A stretch of 64,000 nt of DNA from Cystobasidiomycetes sp. EMM_F5. Taxonomy: Eukaryota. Below, piece by piece: positions 46,193 through 59,100 of this stretch (within the stretch, counting starts at the first letter, position 1; every line of letters begins with the position of its first letter). A model generated the notes under the pieces. It saw only the letters and a list, made by a program, of their open reading frames with translations, did not search any database and was not told the origin of the DNA. Where the stretch lies: NCBI GenBank assembly GCA_051047955.1, contig JBPGPT010000001.1:1116001-1180000 (forward strand). Reading direction: 5' to 3'. Position numbers and translations under genes: made by a program.

Positions 46193-49100
46193 ATGTCGCC
46201 TACTAACGCTACCAGCAATCTCATACGCATAGCCATCGGTAAGTCTGGCGCATACATAACGAGCTAAGTGCCATGGCATTATTGATAGCTGATACGATCC
46301 TCATCCTTCTTCATGCTATCGTTTGATGTACTGATTAGATCGCGGCGGTACTTTTACCGACTTCCATGCTTCTGCATCCGGAAGACCCGATGTCGTGCTC
46401 AAGCTGCTATCCGTGGATCCTCAAAACTACGCAGACGCCCCCACTGAAGGCATTCGCCGCATTCTAGAAGACTTTACAGGCAAGAGCATACCTAGAGGCG
46501 TCAAGATCCCGCTAGACAGCGTCGAAAGCGTTCGTGTCGGTACCACCGTAGCCACTAACGCTCTGCTCGAAAGGAAGGGCGAGCGATGCGCACTATTGGT
46601 TTCGAAAGGCTGCAGAGATGTTCTTAAGATTGGAATGCAGGGCGAGTGGTTTACAGCATCCGTCTAGGAATATAACTCCTGACATCAAGGATCCACACAG
46701 CCCGGCCGGACATCTTTGATTTGTCGATAAAGAAGCTCGGTCTGCTGTATGAACGCGTGGTCGAGCTGGATGAGCGCGTCACACTTGAGGCGGCCGCCGA
46801 AGATCCAAATCAGCCTGATATCAATATAGAGGAGGATACCAATCTCGTAAAGGGGTCCACAGGCGAAGTTGTCCGCATTCTACAGAGGCCGTCGGAATCA
46901 AGCATAAACGCACATCTAGAAGATCTGCAAAAAGACGGCTTCCGCTCTATTGCTCTGGCTCTTCTGCATTCATACACATACCAAGAGCATGAGAGACTCG
47001 TAGCTAAATTAGCTCGCGCAAAAGGCTTTTCCGTTTCAGTTTCCCATGAATTACAACCTCTCATTCGTCTAGTATCGCGAGCAAACTCGACAGTCGCGGA
47101 TTCCTACCTGACACCAATCACGCGACGCTACATCGAAAGTTTTGCGAGCGGATTCGACGGTGGCCTGGAAGCATTCGGAGCCAAACTGTGAGCGTTGGAA
47201 ACAAGACTGCTTTAACACCTGCCTATATCTGACTCTATCGTTGGCAGCCTCCTTATGCAGAGTGACGGGGGCCTTACTACCTGGAATAATTTCACAGGGC
47301 TTCGCGCAGTTTTATCAGGACCAGCTGGTGGAGTGATTGGCTTCTCTAAGACTTGCTTTGACGAGTCGGAGCGCACTCCTCTTATCGCTGTAGATATGGG
47401 TGGTACCTCTACCGATGTCTCTCGATTTGATGGCGAGCTAGATCAGTAAGCGGGAATCCTGCATGATAGCGAGTTTTCGTATATACTGCTCTTTAACACC
47501 AGCGATCCGCAGTACCTTTGAATCTATCACAGCTGAGGTCATCATCTCCGCACCTCAACTCAACATCAATACCGTTGCCGCAGGGGGTGGATCGCGACTC
47601 TTCTGGAGAAACGGAATGTTCATGGTCGGCCCAGAATCTGCATCGGCGCATCCCGGGCCTACGTGCTATCGTAAAGGCGGTCCTCTAGCCATTACCGACG
47701 CTAATCTTCAGCTTGGCAGACTTTTGCCAGACGCATTGTAAGCTCGTTCTACTGATGAAGTATCGACAAGCGTTGTTGCTAACTGTCTCAAACCCTTCTC
47801 GAATACAGCCCGAAGATCTTCGGCCCCAAGGAGAACGAGGCGCTCGACGTAGAAGCGACAAACAAGGCTTTCGTGGACTTGGCGCACACTATCAACACAT
47901 CCAAGGGCGAAGATAGCAGACTATCCGCTGAAGATATCGCTCTCGGATTCCTTAGAGTAGCGGTCGAGGCTATGTGCCGACCAGTCAGATCATTGACGGA
48001 AGCTCGAGGGTATGCAGCTTCAGCACACAATCTTGTTCTCTTCGGTGGTGCAGGAGGTCAAGTCGCGTGTGCGATCGCTCGTACTCTGGGTATTGCAAGA
48101 ATTCTGTAAGTCACGCAAATGGCAATGTGAGCGTGGAAAGCCCGCTGATGCCATCGTTATCATCGTCCGCACGCTTAGTATCCCGCGCTTCTCTTCCATC
48201 TTGAGTGCATACGGTATGGCATTATCGGATGTGACTGTCGACCTGCAGGATGCTGTTCATGCGACGCTGCAGTCAAGCGGCAACAAGGGCCTTCAAGGTC
48301 ACGTCGATTCTCTAACCAAGAGGGCTGTCTCAGCGTTGAAGGACCAAGGCTTCACAGACGACTTCATCAATGTCGAGGTTTTCTTCAATTGCCACTTTGC
48401 GCAAGCCACAACGAACCTCATGATCAAGTTGCAGCCCGGTCTTGATCTTGTAAAAGCCTTCCACGACAAGCATCACGAGCTATTCGGTTTCATCTTGCAT
48501 GGTCGCGATGTCCTCGTCGACAGTGTCCGCGTTCGCGGCGTCGGTCTTGGTCCGTCAAGCGAGACAACAACACCATACGCCGAGCTTGCAACTATCCCCC
48601 TGACCTTGTTCCAAGGAGACTGCAAGAAACACAATGTCTATTTCGAGAAAGTTGGCTGGCAGACGTCCAGACTAATCGCGCTGGATGACTTGTCGCCTGG
48701 TCACCAGGTCCTAGGTCCTGCCATTATCTTCGACAAGACGCAAACTATCTTGGTGGAGCCCGACTTCATTGCAACGACTTTGTCTAAGCATGTCATCCTT
48801 GATAAGCGTGACGACGGTCTTCTTGCCAAAAAAGGCTCGGGTATCACTGGTATCGACTTGGTGCAACTTAGCGTGTTCTCTCATCGGTATGTTTGCGTTC
48901 ATGCAGCAAGCGCGAACTGACCAACTTAAATACTTGTTTGGCAGCTTCATGAGCATTGCCGAGCAGATGGGCGACACGCTGCAGCAGACTAGCATTAGTA
49001 CAAACATCAAAGAGCGTCTAGATTAGTAAGTACAAACAATCGCATACATACGAATTTACCAGCTGATGATGGCTTTACGCGTAAAGCTCATGCGCTCTCT

Positions 49101-50949
49101 TCTCTCCGGACGGTGGCCTCGTTGCCAATGCACCGCACATTCCTGTTCATCTCGGCGCAATGTCAAAGGCAGTGGCCCACCAAGCCGAATACTGGGGAGA
49201 TTCCTTGGAAGAGGGAGACGTGCTTCTCTCCAACCATCCGTATGTTATCTAGTCCATCATCGGGTGCACGGACTGACTTTGCGATGTAGCATCGCGGGAG
49301 GGTCACACCTGCCAGATTTGACGGTAATCACGCCGGCGTTCCACAATGGCAAGATTGTTTTCTGGACAGCCTCGAGAGCGGTATGTACTCACGCTGCGCT
49401 GTTGTATTGGGAAAGCTCATGAGTGTGTGTCCCTCTGTCGTCTTCCACTAGCATCATGCAGATATCGGAGGTGTTCGAGCAGGTAGCATGCCTCCGTCGT
49501 CCAAATACATTTGGCAGGAAGGTGCACAGTTCAAGACGTTCAAACTCGTCAGCAAGGGCCGCTTCCTCGAAAGAGAAGTCGTCAAGGCACTGTCTCACGA
49601 TCCGGCTCAATACCCAGGCTGCAGCGGCACTCGGACGCTCGGAGACAATCTATCCGACTTGCGCGCTCAATGCAGTGCGAACCATCGAGGCGCAATGCTG
49701 ATTCGTGCCTTGGTGCAAGAATTCACCTTGGAGACTGTGCAAAAGTACATGCTGGCTATTCAGGATACTGCTGAGAAAGCTGTCCGAACACTGTTGAAAG
49801 ACTTTTGCAAGAAGTTTGATGGCGCTCCACTCACTGCAGTCGACTATTTGGACGACGGCTCCGAGATCCACCTCAACATTCAGGTAAGAAGATTTGCTGG
49901 CTTGCAGCGAGATTTGCTGATTGTGTTTCCTCACCGCCGCAAGATTGATCGCGAGACCGGTCGAGCTGTTTTCGATTTCACTGGAACTTCCGAACAAGTG
50001 TATGGAAATCTAAATGCACCAACTGCCATCGTGTACTCTGCTATTCTTTACGTTCTGCGGTCTCTTATACATTCTCCGATACCCCTTAATCAGGGCTGCT
50101 TGGCACCCATCAAGATTATAGTACCACCCGGTACCCTGATCTCCCCTACGCACGATGTCGCTACAGTCGCTGGCAATGTCGAGACGTCAGCTCGCCTGGC
50201 GGATGTCATATTGAAGGCCTTCCAAGCCGCCGGAGCATCGCAGGGTACTTGTAACAACTTCACCTTTGGTTACGGTGGAAAGAACCAAACGACGGGAGAG
50301 GTGACACAGGGCTTCGGCTACTACGAGACCATCTGTGGTGGAGCGGGAGCTGGCGAAGGCTGGCACGGGCAAAGCGGGTGCGTAGTGAGGCGCTCCAGAG
50401 AGTCAATACAGTGTGCTGATAATCCCAACAATAGCGTGCATTGTCATATGACAAACACCGCCATCGGAGACACTGAAATCATCGAGAGAAGGTATCCTGT
50501 CATTGTGCACGAGTTCGCTGTGCGGCCAGGGACAGGAGGCAAGGGCAAATGGAACGGCGGATGCGGTGTGATCCGCGACTTCGAGGTGAGTGCAAGAGAC
50601 GAGATGTGACATATTGCAACTCACGAATGATCTGTCATTGCTTGGCAGTTTCGACGAGCAATCGATGTGGCCATCCTGTCCGAACGACGTGTTGTCGCGC
50701 CTTACGGAATGAAAGGAGGTCTCCCAGGACAGCGCGGACTGAATCTATGGATGCGGAAACTAGATGATGGCTCGTATCAGGCTGTCAATGTTTCCGGCAA
50801 GGCTGAATTTACTGTGAAAGTTGGCGACCGCTTCGTCATTAGTAAGTCAAAGACATGCAGCATCACACTGCCCGACACGAGCTGACCTCATCATTTATGT
50901 AGATACGCCAGGAGGCGGTGGATATGGCGCTCCGGAGGGGAAAGAGTGA
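46193..50949 (+). CDS. OXP1: ATP-dependent 5-oxoprolinase (fused hydantoinase A+B type)
   Basis: [118 protein letters not shown] and TPGGGGYG. Many short introns. Confidence 0.95.
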
Positions 50950-51324
50950 TTGCGACACAGTTGGTCATGAGAAACAGACGAAGTGTATGGGTGTAGAAAG
51001 CGTAGCTTCAGTATGCCGAATGATTTGCAGTAGACTAGTCAAAGCAGGGATTAGGATTAGTGGCGCGTTCCGTGTATGTATCCCGTTTCAATGTTAGCGA
51101 ATCCTCAAAGTTATCTGTCGATTCTATGTTGCTGCATGAAACGATGTCGATACAACAGGTAGTACACCAAGAGGCGGATGCGGGAATAGACATGATTCAT
51201 AGTGCAGGATGAACGCGTGCGCGCGTCGATAGTAATCATACAGAAAGCAGAAAAATGACGAAGCCGTCCAGTGTTTGCTAAGTATGCCGTCTCTGTAGAT
51301 GAGGCGGTCACTAGAGGCGATCGC

Positions 51325-52863
51325 TCAATGTCTGTTTGGAGCTGATCCCGGTATGAACTCATACGACTCCTCCTGAGTGGGCTGGAAAGCAAAGAGCTGT
51401 GCCAGCTTGCGATACTCGTCATCATCCTGAACGAGCTTGAAGTTTGCAAGCGCAAACGTTCTATCCTCGCTCTGTTCCACCTTCCTCATAGCGCGCTGCT
51501 CATTCTCCAGTTTGGATTTAGCGACGCCAGCCTTGTCAAAGTCTGATGATCGGATACCGTCTGCGACATCCTTCCACACTCTACGACTCTCCATGCTTCC
51601 CTGCTCCGAGATGGATGCTACTTGAATTTGATGACGACTGGCAGAATCGTCTTCACCAGTAGCATCCGTGAAGATGGGGTTGGACTCGTACTGTCGAATA
51701 CTCGACTTGACAAACTTTGAAAGCCCAGTCCATTGTCCCTCGATAATATGAGCAGCGGAAGCGGCAGGATGCGGCGACACATTTGCGACAAACCGATGGG
51801 CAGCACCGCTCAGGTAGCCCTTGCCCTTGTAGGTGATTGCAGCGTGGTAGCCCGACGAGGACTGGATAAAGGACTGTTCGATGAGCTCGACGCTGCAGTG
51901 ACAGATAGGCTTTAGTATAGGGCATGGAGATGAGCAAGTCACAAAGGAACGCACTAAGGACTTCCAAAGAGCAGACCGTCGATTCGTAGTTTTGGAAGTG
52001 TGATGAGGTACGACTCGTCTTTACCGTCTGGCGTCTTGATGGACACGATGGCGTGTCCAACCTGTTTGACCATGATGCTCTTTCCTGAAAACGACGTCTT
52101 TTGAGCAAAGTGACCCGTCACCTTTACCTTCTTTTCCACGTTTTCCAGCTTGAAGGCGGTAATGGGCGGATGGTGTGATACCTGTTCGGCAGCGAGGTCG
52201 AGTCGTCCAGTCGAGGGAGATGAAAAGTAGCCGTAGAATTGCTCGCCGAGAATGGGATTCAGTGGCTTCTTTTCGCTGCCCGTCGTTGTTTCCCGACGGG
52301 TGTAAGAGCCCTGTAGAGAATATAAAATGCCGAGTGTGAGAATCTCCATACAAACGAGTTTGACTTGGACATACCTTCAAGGTTGCAATGAACCATTTGA
52401 GCGTCCTGAGCATTCGTTCCTCTGGCGTGGACCCCGCTGAAATAGCGGCCAGCTCATCACACGGTTCGCCCCAGTCTGCAAAACAAATGTGCATTAGCTG
52501 ACGAACACGGACACTCGACACTCGGACAGAGACGCCTCACAGGCACTGAATTCGACGAGGGAAGTGGGCGAGAGAATGAAGGAGGGGGCCGTCATTGACG
52601 AAAGGTCGCCCGTCATGCTTGCCAGGCTGTGTGGCGAGTTGTCCACACCACGAGTGACGAGAAATGTCAGCTGCCTGCTTCCGACGACGTCGAGCATAAC
52701 GCACGACTTTATGAATGATGTCCATGACCCTTTCTGTGAGCGCAGGGATGGATGCGAGCAGTCAGGATATATCAATCCGAGCGAGCATGTACATGACACT
52801 CTGCTGCATGCTCGTTTGACCTACCTGCGCCTGGGGAACTGCGCCTGCGTCCTGTTCCGACAT
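51325..52863 (-). CDS. Oxysterol-binding protein, short ORD-only Osh4/Kes1 type
   Basis: SWTSFIKSLASMTGDLSSMTAPSFILSPTSL, SEKKPLNPILGEQF, signature EQVSHHPP and KSKLENEQRAMRK. Confidence 0.93.
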
Positions 52864-53998
52864 TCTGTGGTGGAGTGTGCGTGTTTGAGTATGTCTCGTT
52901 GAAAGGGAAAGACAGTGTTGCCGTGTCCGTGTGTGCCGTCAGAAGTTGAAGATATCCCTTGACCAAGATGTGTAGCGTGAAGCAGGACACTGAGACGCAA
53001 CACTGAGTGGGCGCAGTCGATCAATTTGATGGCGTGTCTTGAGCTCGTAACGGATGGCAGGCAAGTGATTCAAGCGGGATGGCTTACAATTGTCAAATAA
53101 ACAGAGCACAACTACGTGTGTTAAGCAGCACAGGTTGGGTGTGCTGTTTGTAGAGTGTGCGACTCGATGACGGCATCCGAGACGAGAACGTGTAGAGTGG
53201 TACAAAACAGGGAATGGCTACAAGAGTGCGGGCAATAGGAACACATCCACACACACCACTACAGACACGCGACTGCTATTCCTGTAGACGCGTTTCATTT
53301 GCTTTAGAGAGTCCAAGTCGAAAATGGTGGCAATTTGTGAGGCTGACTCCCCTTCCCTTTCCCGCCCTCCCTCTGCCTACCCACCCAGCAGCACCCAGCC
53401 AACACCAGCACCGCCAGAGGTGAGCGAGTAGTGCCAGCACTCGGATAGGGGTCACACAACTTGGAATGTGCACGACACACACAAATACACAAACACACAC
53501 GCACACAGCACAGGCACTGCAGCAGCAGACTACACGTCGTATCTCAGAGCTGTCCACGCTGTCACGGCGGGACGGGTGATGATGGTCAACCTGGCAGTCG
53601 CGTATGTCCATCGCGTCAATGGCGAGCAGGCGTCGTGACTCCAGCCGTGCCGTGTCCCTGCGCACTGCATCGCTGTAGTGTACCGTCCCGTCGTGTCGTG
53701 CTCGTCATTTGTATCCCATCCTCGTAGACTTGTATTACTCGACACCCACACCCACTGTTCATTACGAATATTGTAGTAACCACCCCTACCCGTCAACCCT
53801 GATTAACAATCCATTGTAATCGTCCGCTAACACTACTCACTTGTAATTACTCCCTCCTCTTTGTTTACCATCATCCATTCCTCCCTGTTTGCCACCAAAT
53901 TCCACTCCCCCTCCTTGCCGTGTTTTCTCTGCCCATCTCTCCTCTGACCACTGTGCAATTAGACAGACTACACTCAAGTCACGCAGCACAAACTCACA

Positions 53999-55135
53999 AT
54001 GGCAAAGGCAGCATCCGATAAAGCAGCAAAGGTGAGCACCGTCCACTCTCGTCTGTCTGGGCTGCGTGCAGAGGCTACGCGTCGTCGCGTCGAGGGGTGC
54101 ACGACAAACAACAACAACAACAACAACAACAAAACAAACAGATATGGACAGGGGAATACATTATACTGATGCATTTTTATCCTTGCGTTGGTGACAGGGC
54201 TCTAAGAGTGGGTAGAGGGTACACCGTCAAATGGACGTGCGTCGTGTCGGATCATGGCTGAATGAAACCTACTACGTCTCGCTCAACCCAGGCAAGAAGG
54301 ACAAGGACGTGAGTAGCACTGTCATCGTCCATCGTGCAGTGAACTGTGTCTGACCACTCCACACGCAAAACAGCCAAATGCACCAAAGCGGGCTCAATCC
54401 GCCTACTTGATCTTTTGCAACGAGAATAGGGTGGGTTCACTAGCGTTTGTTTGTGAAAAGGAACGTGCAGGCTGATTTCCGCTCGCTTGTTCTTGACATG
54501 CTTTGCCCGCCCCGTCTTTACGGTCTCTCTTCTACGCTGTGCTCTGTCCTGTCCTGTCGCTGGTGTTCTGTCGCTGTCGCGTTTCTCCGTTCTTTCGCCG
54601 TACCTCATCCCCCGTTGTCTGTCCGGATGCTGATTTTACTCGCATCTGTTCCGCTGTCCCTTCCGCATATTCAACTCCAACCCGTTCACCTCTCCTTGTT
54701 GACTGATTCCCTTTCCACCCGTTCCCCGTCCTTTCGTTGGTTATCATTCCCCCTCGATTCCTGTCCTCTCGCTCGACCCATTCTGCATACAATTGCACCA
54801 CCCGGCCCCCTTGCCATCCATTACATCCATCTCTACACCTTCTGCCTTGGCCTGTGTCACTTCTCCTCCAATTCTCCACGACCACCACAGCCAATTGTCA
54901 AGGAGGAGAATCCCGAAGCGTCATTTGGTGAAATGGGCAAATTGCTAGGAGCAAAGTGGAAGGAGTTGGCCGATGAGGGAAGGAAGGTAAGGATTGACAT
55001 TGGCGCTCATCCATTCGCTCGCAGTGTATACGACTGATGACTGTCATTTGGCACACATAGACGTACGAGCTCAAGGCGGCCGAGGAGAAGAAGAGATATG
55101 ATTCCGAGATGGCGGCTTACAAGACCAAGGAATGA
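53999..55135 (+). CDS. NHP6: HMG-box non-histone protein Nhp6 (six coding exons)
   Basis: Spliced MAKAASDKAAK|GSKS|KKDKD|PNAPKRAQSAYLIFCNENR|PIVKEENPEASFGEMGKLLGAKWKELADEGRK|TYELKAAEEKKRYDSEMAAYKTKE*. Confidence 0.93.
54107..54130. repeat. (AAC)8 microsatellite in the first coding-region intron of NHP6
   Basis: Eight perfect AAC units. Confidence 0.95.
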
Positions 55136-56116
55136 AGAGCGACGTCTCTCTGTCTCTGATTTTGCGTGTGTGCACCTGCTCTGTCACAATCGGATCCTGC
55201 AGCACGTGCCGCGCATTGTCTGTGTACACATCAGCACCGCTTAATAGCAATCATCTATCGAGGCGGCCGCAACGCCTTACGTCCCCTTTCGAATCTTTCT
55301 ACAAGTCCTTTCCCCCTTTTCATCATCTGTCGTGACTCGACTTTCAACCCATTTTTTAAGTTTACCCATACTACCCATCGGCGTGTTGTCTTTTGTGTCC
55401 CGAGGCGCCTGGCCGGGTTTGCGAAAACGATGAAGGGCTGTGCTGTCTGTTGTAATTTTCTGCAGTGGAAAGAAGCACATTTAGGTCTACATGGTACTTG
55501 AGCTGGGTTCCCGCGCTGCGACTGAAACTGCCAAATTATCGATAAGCGACTTGCTTTTTAGGTATCAGGCCTTCAAGTGAGGCAGAGCGCAACGTCCCAT
55601 AGAGGAAAGCCGCATAATGAAGCAAGAGGCGAAAATGAAGAATTTGGTCTCGCGAATGAGCAAGTGTCTTGAGTTTTCTTCTGCGCGTCTGTCATACAAC
55701 GCAGTTTGATGGTCTATGGGAAGGCCTGCTGGGTACAGTAGCAGAGTAATGACTGCTCTGACTTGCACGAGCGCTTGCGCAGTAGCAAAGCGGAGGAAAA
55801 TTCGGGTGAACAGTAATTTTGCACATCCTCGGTGCACAAAAGAAGAAAGTAAGAGGCTTTTGCAATGAAGGAAAGGTAGGTATCTGGGTCGGCCAACCGC
55901 TCCAGTATGACCACTTATGAGGTTTTCGAAGCTCGTTATTTTGTACATCTTCCGCTTGCGGCCTTGTTTGTATCTGCGTGCATCCATTGCCCGCTCAATC
56001 TTATAGGGAAAAGGGGCATGTCTCGTTTCGTTTCGTTGTGGCAATTGTTGACTTTGGATTTGCAATAGGGCATCCATTCAGTGCCCGATTTGATGTTTGC
56101 GAGTGTTGAGGGTGCA

Positions 56117-59100
56117 CTACTCAACATCATCGAGCGCGTTTGTCACCGGAGCAGATGAATCGTTCTGTGTGCGTCCGGCAGCGTGCTCGTCACGCGTGAT
56201 CTCGGCAGTGCTCTGCTCTGTGCTCGTCACAGCTTTGCTAGACTCCTCTTCCTTATGCTCCGCCAGCTGTCTTTGACAGGCGGCACAATCGCAGTCGAAG
56301 AGGTATGTATTTCGCAGGACAGACCGCCTGATCTCGACTGGAGCTGACGGAGACACGTAGGAGATGGCTGTTGTGACACATTACAAGAGAAGGTAGATTA
56401 ATATGGAGTATATACCAAGATCAAGTCGGCGCAACGCACTGATTTCTTCGCCAGGCGCAATATCTTTGATGGCAACAACGTAGATTCGGCTTGGCTTGGC
56501 TTCTCGTGCACCGTGGTTGTTGAGCGAGGGTGTTCGCTTGACGATGGCATTGGCCTCGCATCTGCAAAGAGGGTAAACCACAGGTGTCAGTGATTTACGG
56601 CAAAGAGCCTTTCAAAGGAATAGAGGCATACGCGTGGTTTAAGCAGGGATGCAAAAAGTAAATTCCTCCGTCATCCTCTTGGTTGAGTGCAACTCTGCCT
56701 AGCCAGATGAGGAAGTTGTCAAATCCGAATATCTTGTCTACCAATTCCTGCGGCACTTCGGCATTCCTGAGCCATGCTGGAACTGCGCTGGTCCGTTGAA
56801 CCGTCTTGCCTGGGAGGGATGGAGCCTGAGTATCGGCGTCCTCGTCGTGTGCATCGGCGTCCAAGGCAGTAGACGAGTCTGTGGCTGGCTTGTAGTATTT
56901 CGCTGGTAGTTGAAGAGCCTCCATGACGAGCCTGTGAGCGATGATCCACTCGCTAGCCCACTGCAAGTCTGCGATCATTTGCATCTCGCGAGAGCGTCGT
57001 AATCGCTCACTGATGCCAGAAAGGCATTCGATACGCCGCAAAAGGGTCTGTGCAGACGATGTCTGACCATCGGCATCCGTCTTTACAGTTGTGAAACCAT
57101 CGCGGACTGCAGTGACGAGCAGTCGGAGGTAAATCTTGAAAACTCCTAGAACATTTTGCTTGCCATTCTTTGACTCTTGCCCTTCGCTCCAGGCAAGCAA
57201 GGCTGCGTAAGAGGGGTTGACGAGGGGACACGTCAGGGAAGCGTAATTTTCGGTGTCTGAACACACATCATTCAAATTCAGCTGCTTGCTATCAAGAGGC
57301 GATCGAGATTGTTCTCTGACCCACTTCGATCTCTACACAGCTTATTACAAAACCTCACGTGGCACTTCTTCTTGTCCTTCTCCTCCATTGTTGGCGCGTC
57401 GCCGTTTGCGACCGGACTCTCTGGTGACTGCTTATCCTTGGTCGCTACAGCCGACGATGATGGTTCGGACGGTTTTTGCTTCTTGAGCATGGCGCTTGGT
57501 TTCTTTTTCGGTTGCGGTACCTTACGCGTTCCGGATGCTGAGGAGGTAGAAGCTGAGTTTGAAGTTGATGATGCAGAAGATGGGAGGGAGTCGTGCGATG
57601 TGCAGGGAACGATGAGGGCAGAGACCTTGCCCAGGAAGAGCTTGCCGCAGTATCCGCATGCCTGTCCCTCATTGACAGCAGATTGAATGGTCTTGGTGGG
57701 CGCGAATACGAATGCCTCTCTGATGAAAGAGAACAGACATACGTCAATCAAGTGCCGTTGCGCTTGTAGGCATATCACTCACTCTTTGAAGATGACTGTA
57801 CTGCGTTTGAAGCCGTTGTTGGAGATTACGCCCTTACCCTTGACTTCATCGAACCAGTGAAGCGATAATTGACCGGTTGTTTTCTCATCGGCCTCTACAG
57901 ACTGACCTGGCAAGCTTTGGGTGACGGCGTTGATTGCTGAAGAGACCGCGTCTGAGACGGTATTGACTACACTTCCCGCTACTGCCTGCGCTTGCTCTTG
58001 AAGCGATTGACCATTCTTTTTTGACTTTTTCTTGTTTTTCGATGGTGGAGGGACGACTGGACTCAGGTTTTCTTTGTCGGTATCTGAGCCGAGAGCAGGT
58101 GAATCTGTGATTGGCCTGCTCGCAAACCCTTCCTGACCGTTTTTGGGGGTCTTTACGACTGGACTGGAGATGAGCGGAGAAGTAGGGTTGGTATCCAAAC
58201 CATCGGTCTGCAGCATACGAACGAGTTCGTCGTCCATTTTTGAAACGGGCACAAAACCATCAGACTGTGCTGGACCAGTGATATGAGCGAGTCGGAGAAT
58301 TCTGTCAGCTTCCGCCATTCCTCCGTCGTGGGATTCGTCCTTGACGACTCGGCGTAGACGTTTTTCAGAAATGGACCATGAAGGGTACGCTTCCCTAATC
58401 CTGTCTAGAATTTTCAAGATACCGGGCGCTGTTGCGGTAGACTCATTGTTGCCGGCGCCCTGCAGCCGGATCAAACGGTATGAAAGGGCGACTTGTAGAT
58501 CATCTGGCGTCACACTGCTTGCAGGCACCGCGTTGGCTTCTGCCTTCTTTTCGGGAATCTCGTCGTTCACCTCATGGAACCGTGGACCGTCATCGCCTTG
58601 CAGACTACTCGCAGCGATAGCCGCTCTCACAGCAGCCGTATTACGTCCGTCGATAGCTTCGTATGCTTTCTGTGCTTGTAAGAGGTATCTTGACGGGAAA
58701 GCAGTACGGAGAACATCAAGATGACGGAGGTGGGACAGCTGTGAGAGATTGTACGTAAAGAAGTTTTGACCGTTTGCATTCGGAAGGTTGCTGCTTGGAA
58801 AGGGGTGGCCATTCTCGCCTCCCTCCCCACGGGCGTTGCCAAGGAGTTGAGCTATTGTTGCTGGAATATCGGGCTGTTCCTTGTCTGATGACGCGGAGAT
58901 GGCTGCGTTTGGGGATCCAGATGGTTCTCCTGCTGGCGCGGCTTCTGAGCTGTTTGGGTCTTGGGCTGCGCTCGCTGTGGACGTGGATGCGGGGTCGGGT
59001 TTCGATTGATTGATTTGCGGAATGGATTCTGGTTTACTCGGGACTGAGGAGGAGTACACACAATCAAAGGATCAGTCCACATATCTTCCCTGTGCAGCCG

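Noticed and set aside
54447..55037. 196-aa ORF ending in HMG-box sequence
   Set aside because: Its 5' part is the pyrimidine-rich NHP6 intron, which is stop-poor because of its composition. The spliced model gives a canonical Nhp6.
55565..56077. 170-aa minus-strand ORF downstream of the SET gene
   Set aside because: It has no protein-like motifs and lies in the convergent 3' region between NHP6 and the SET gene.
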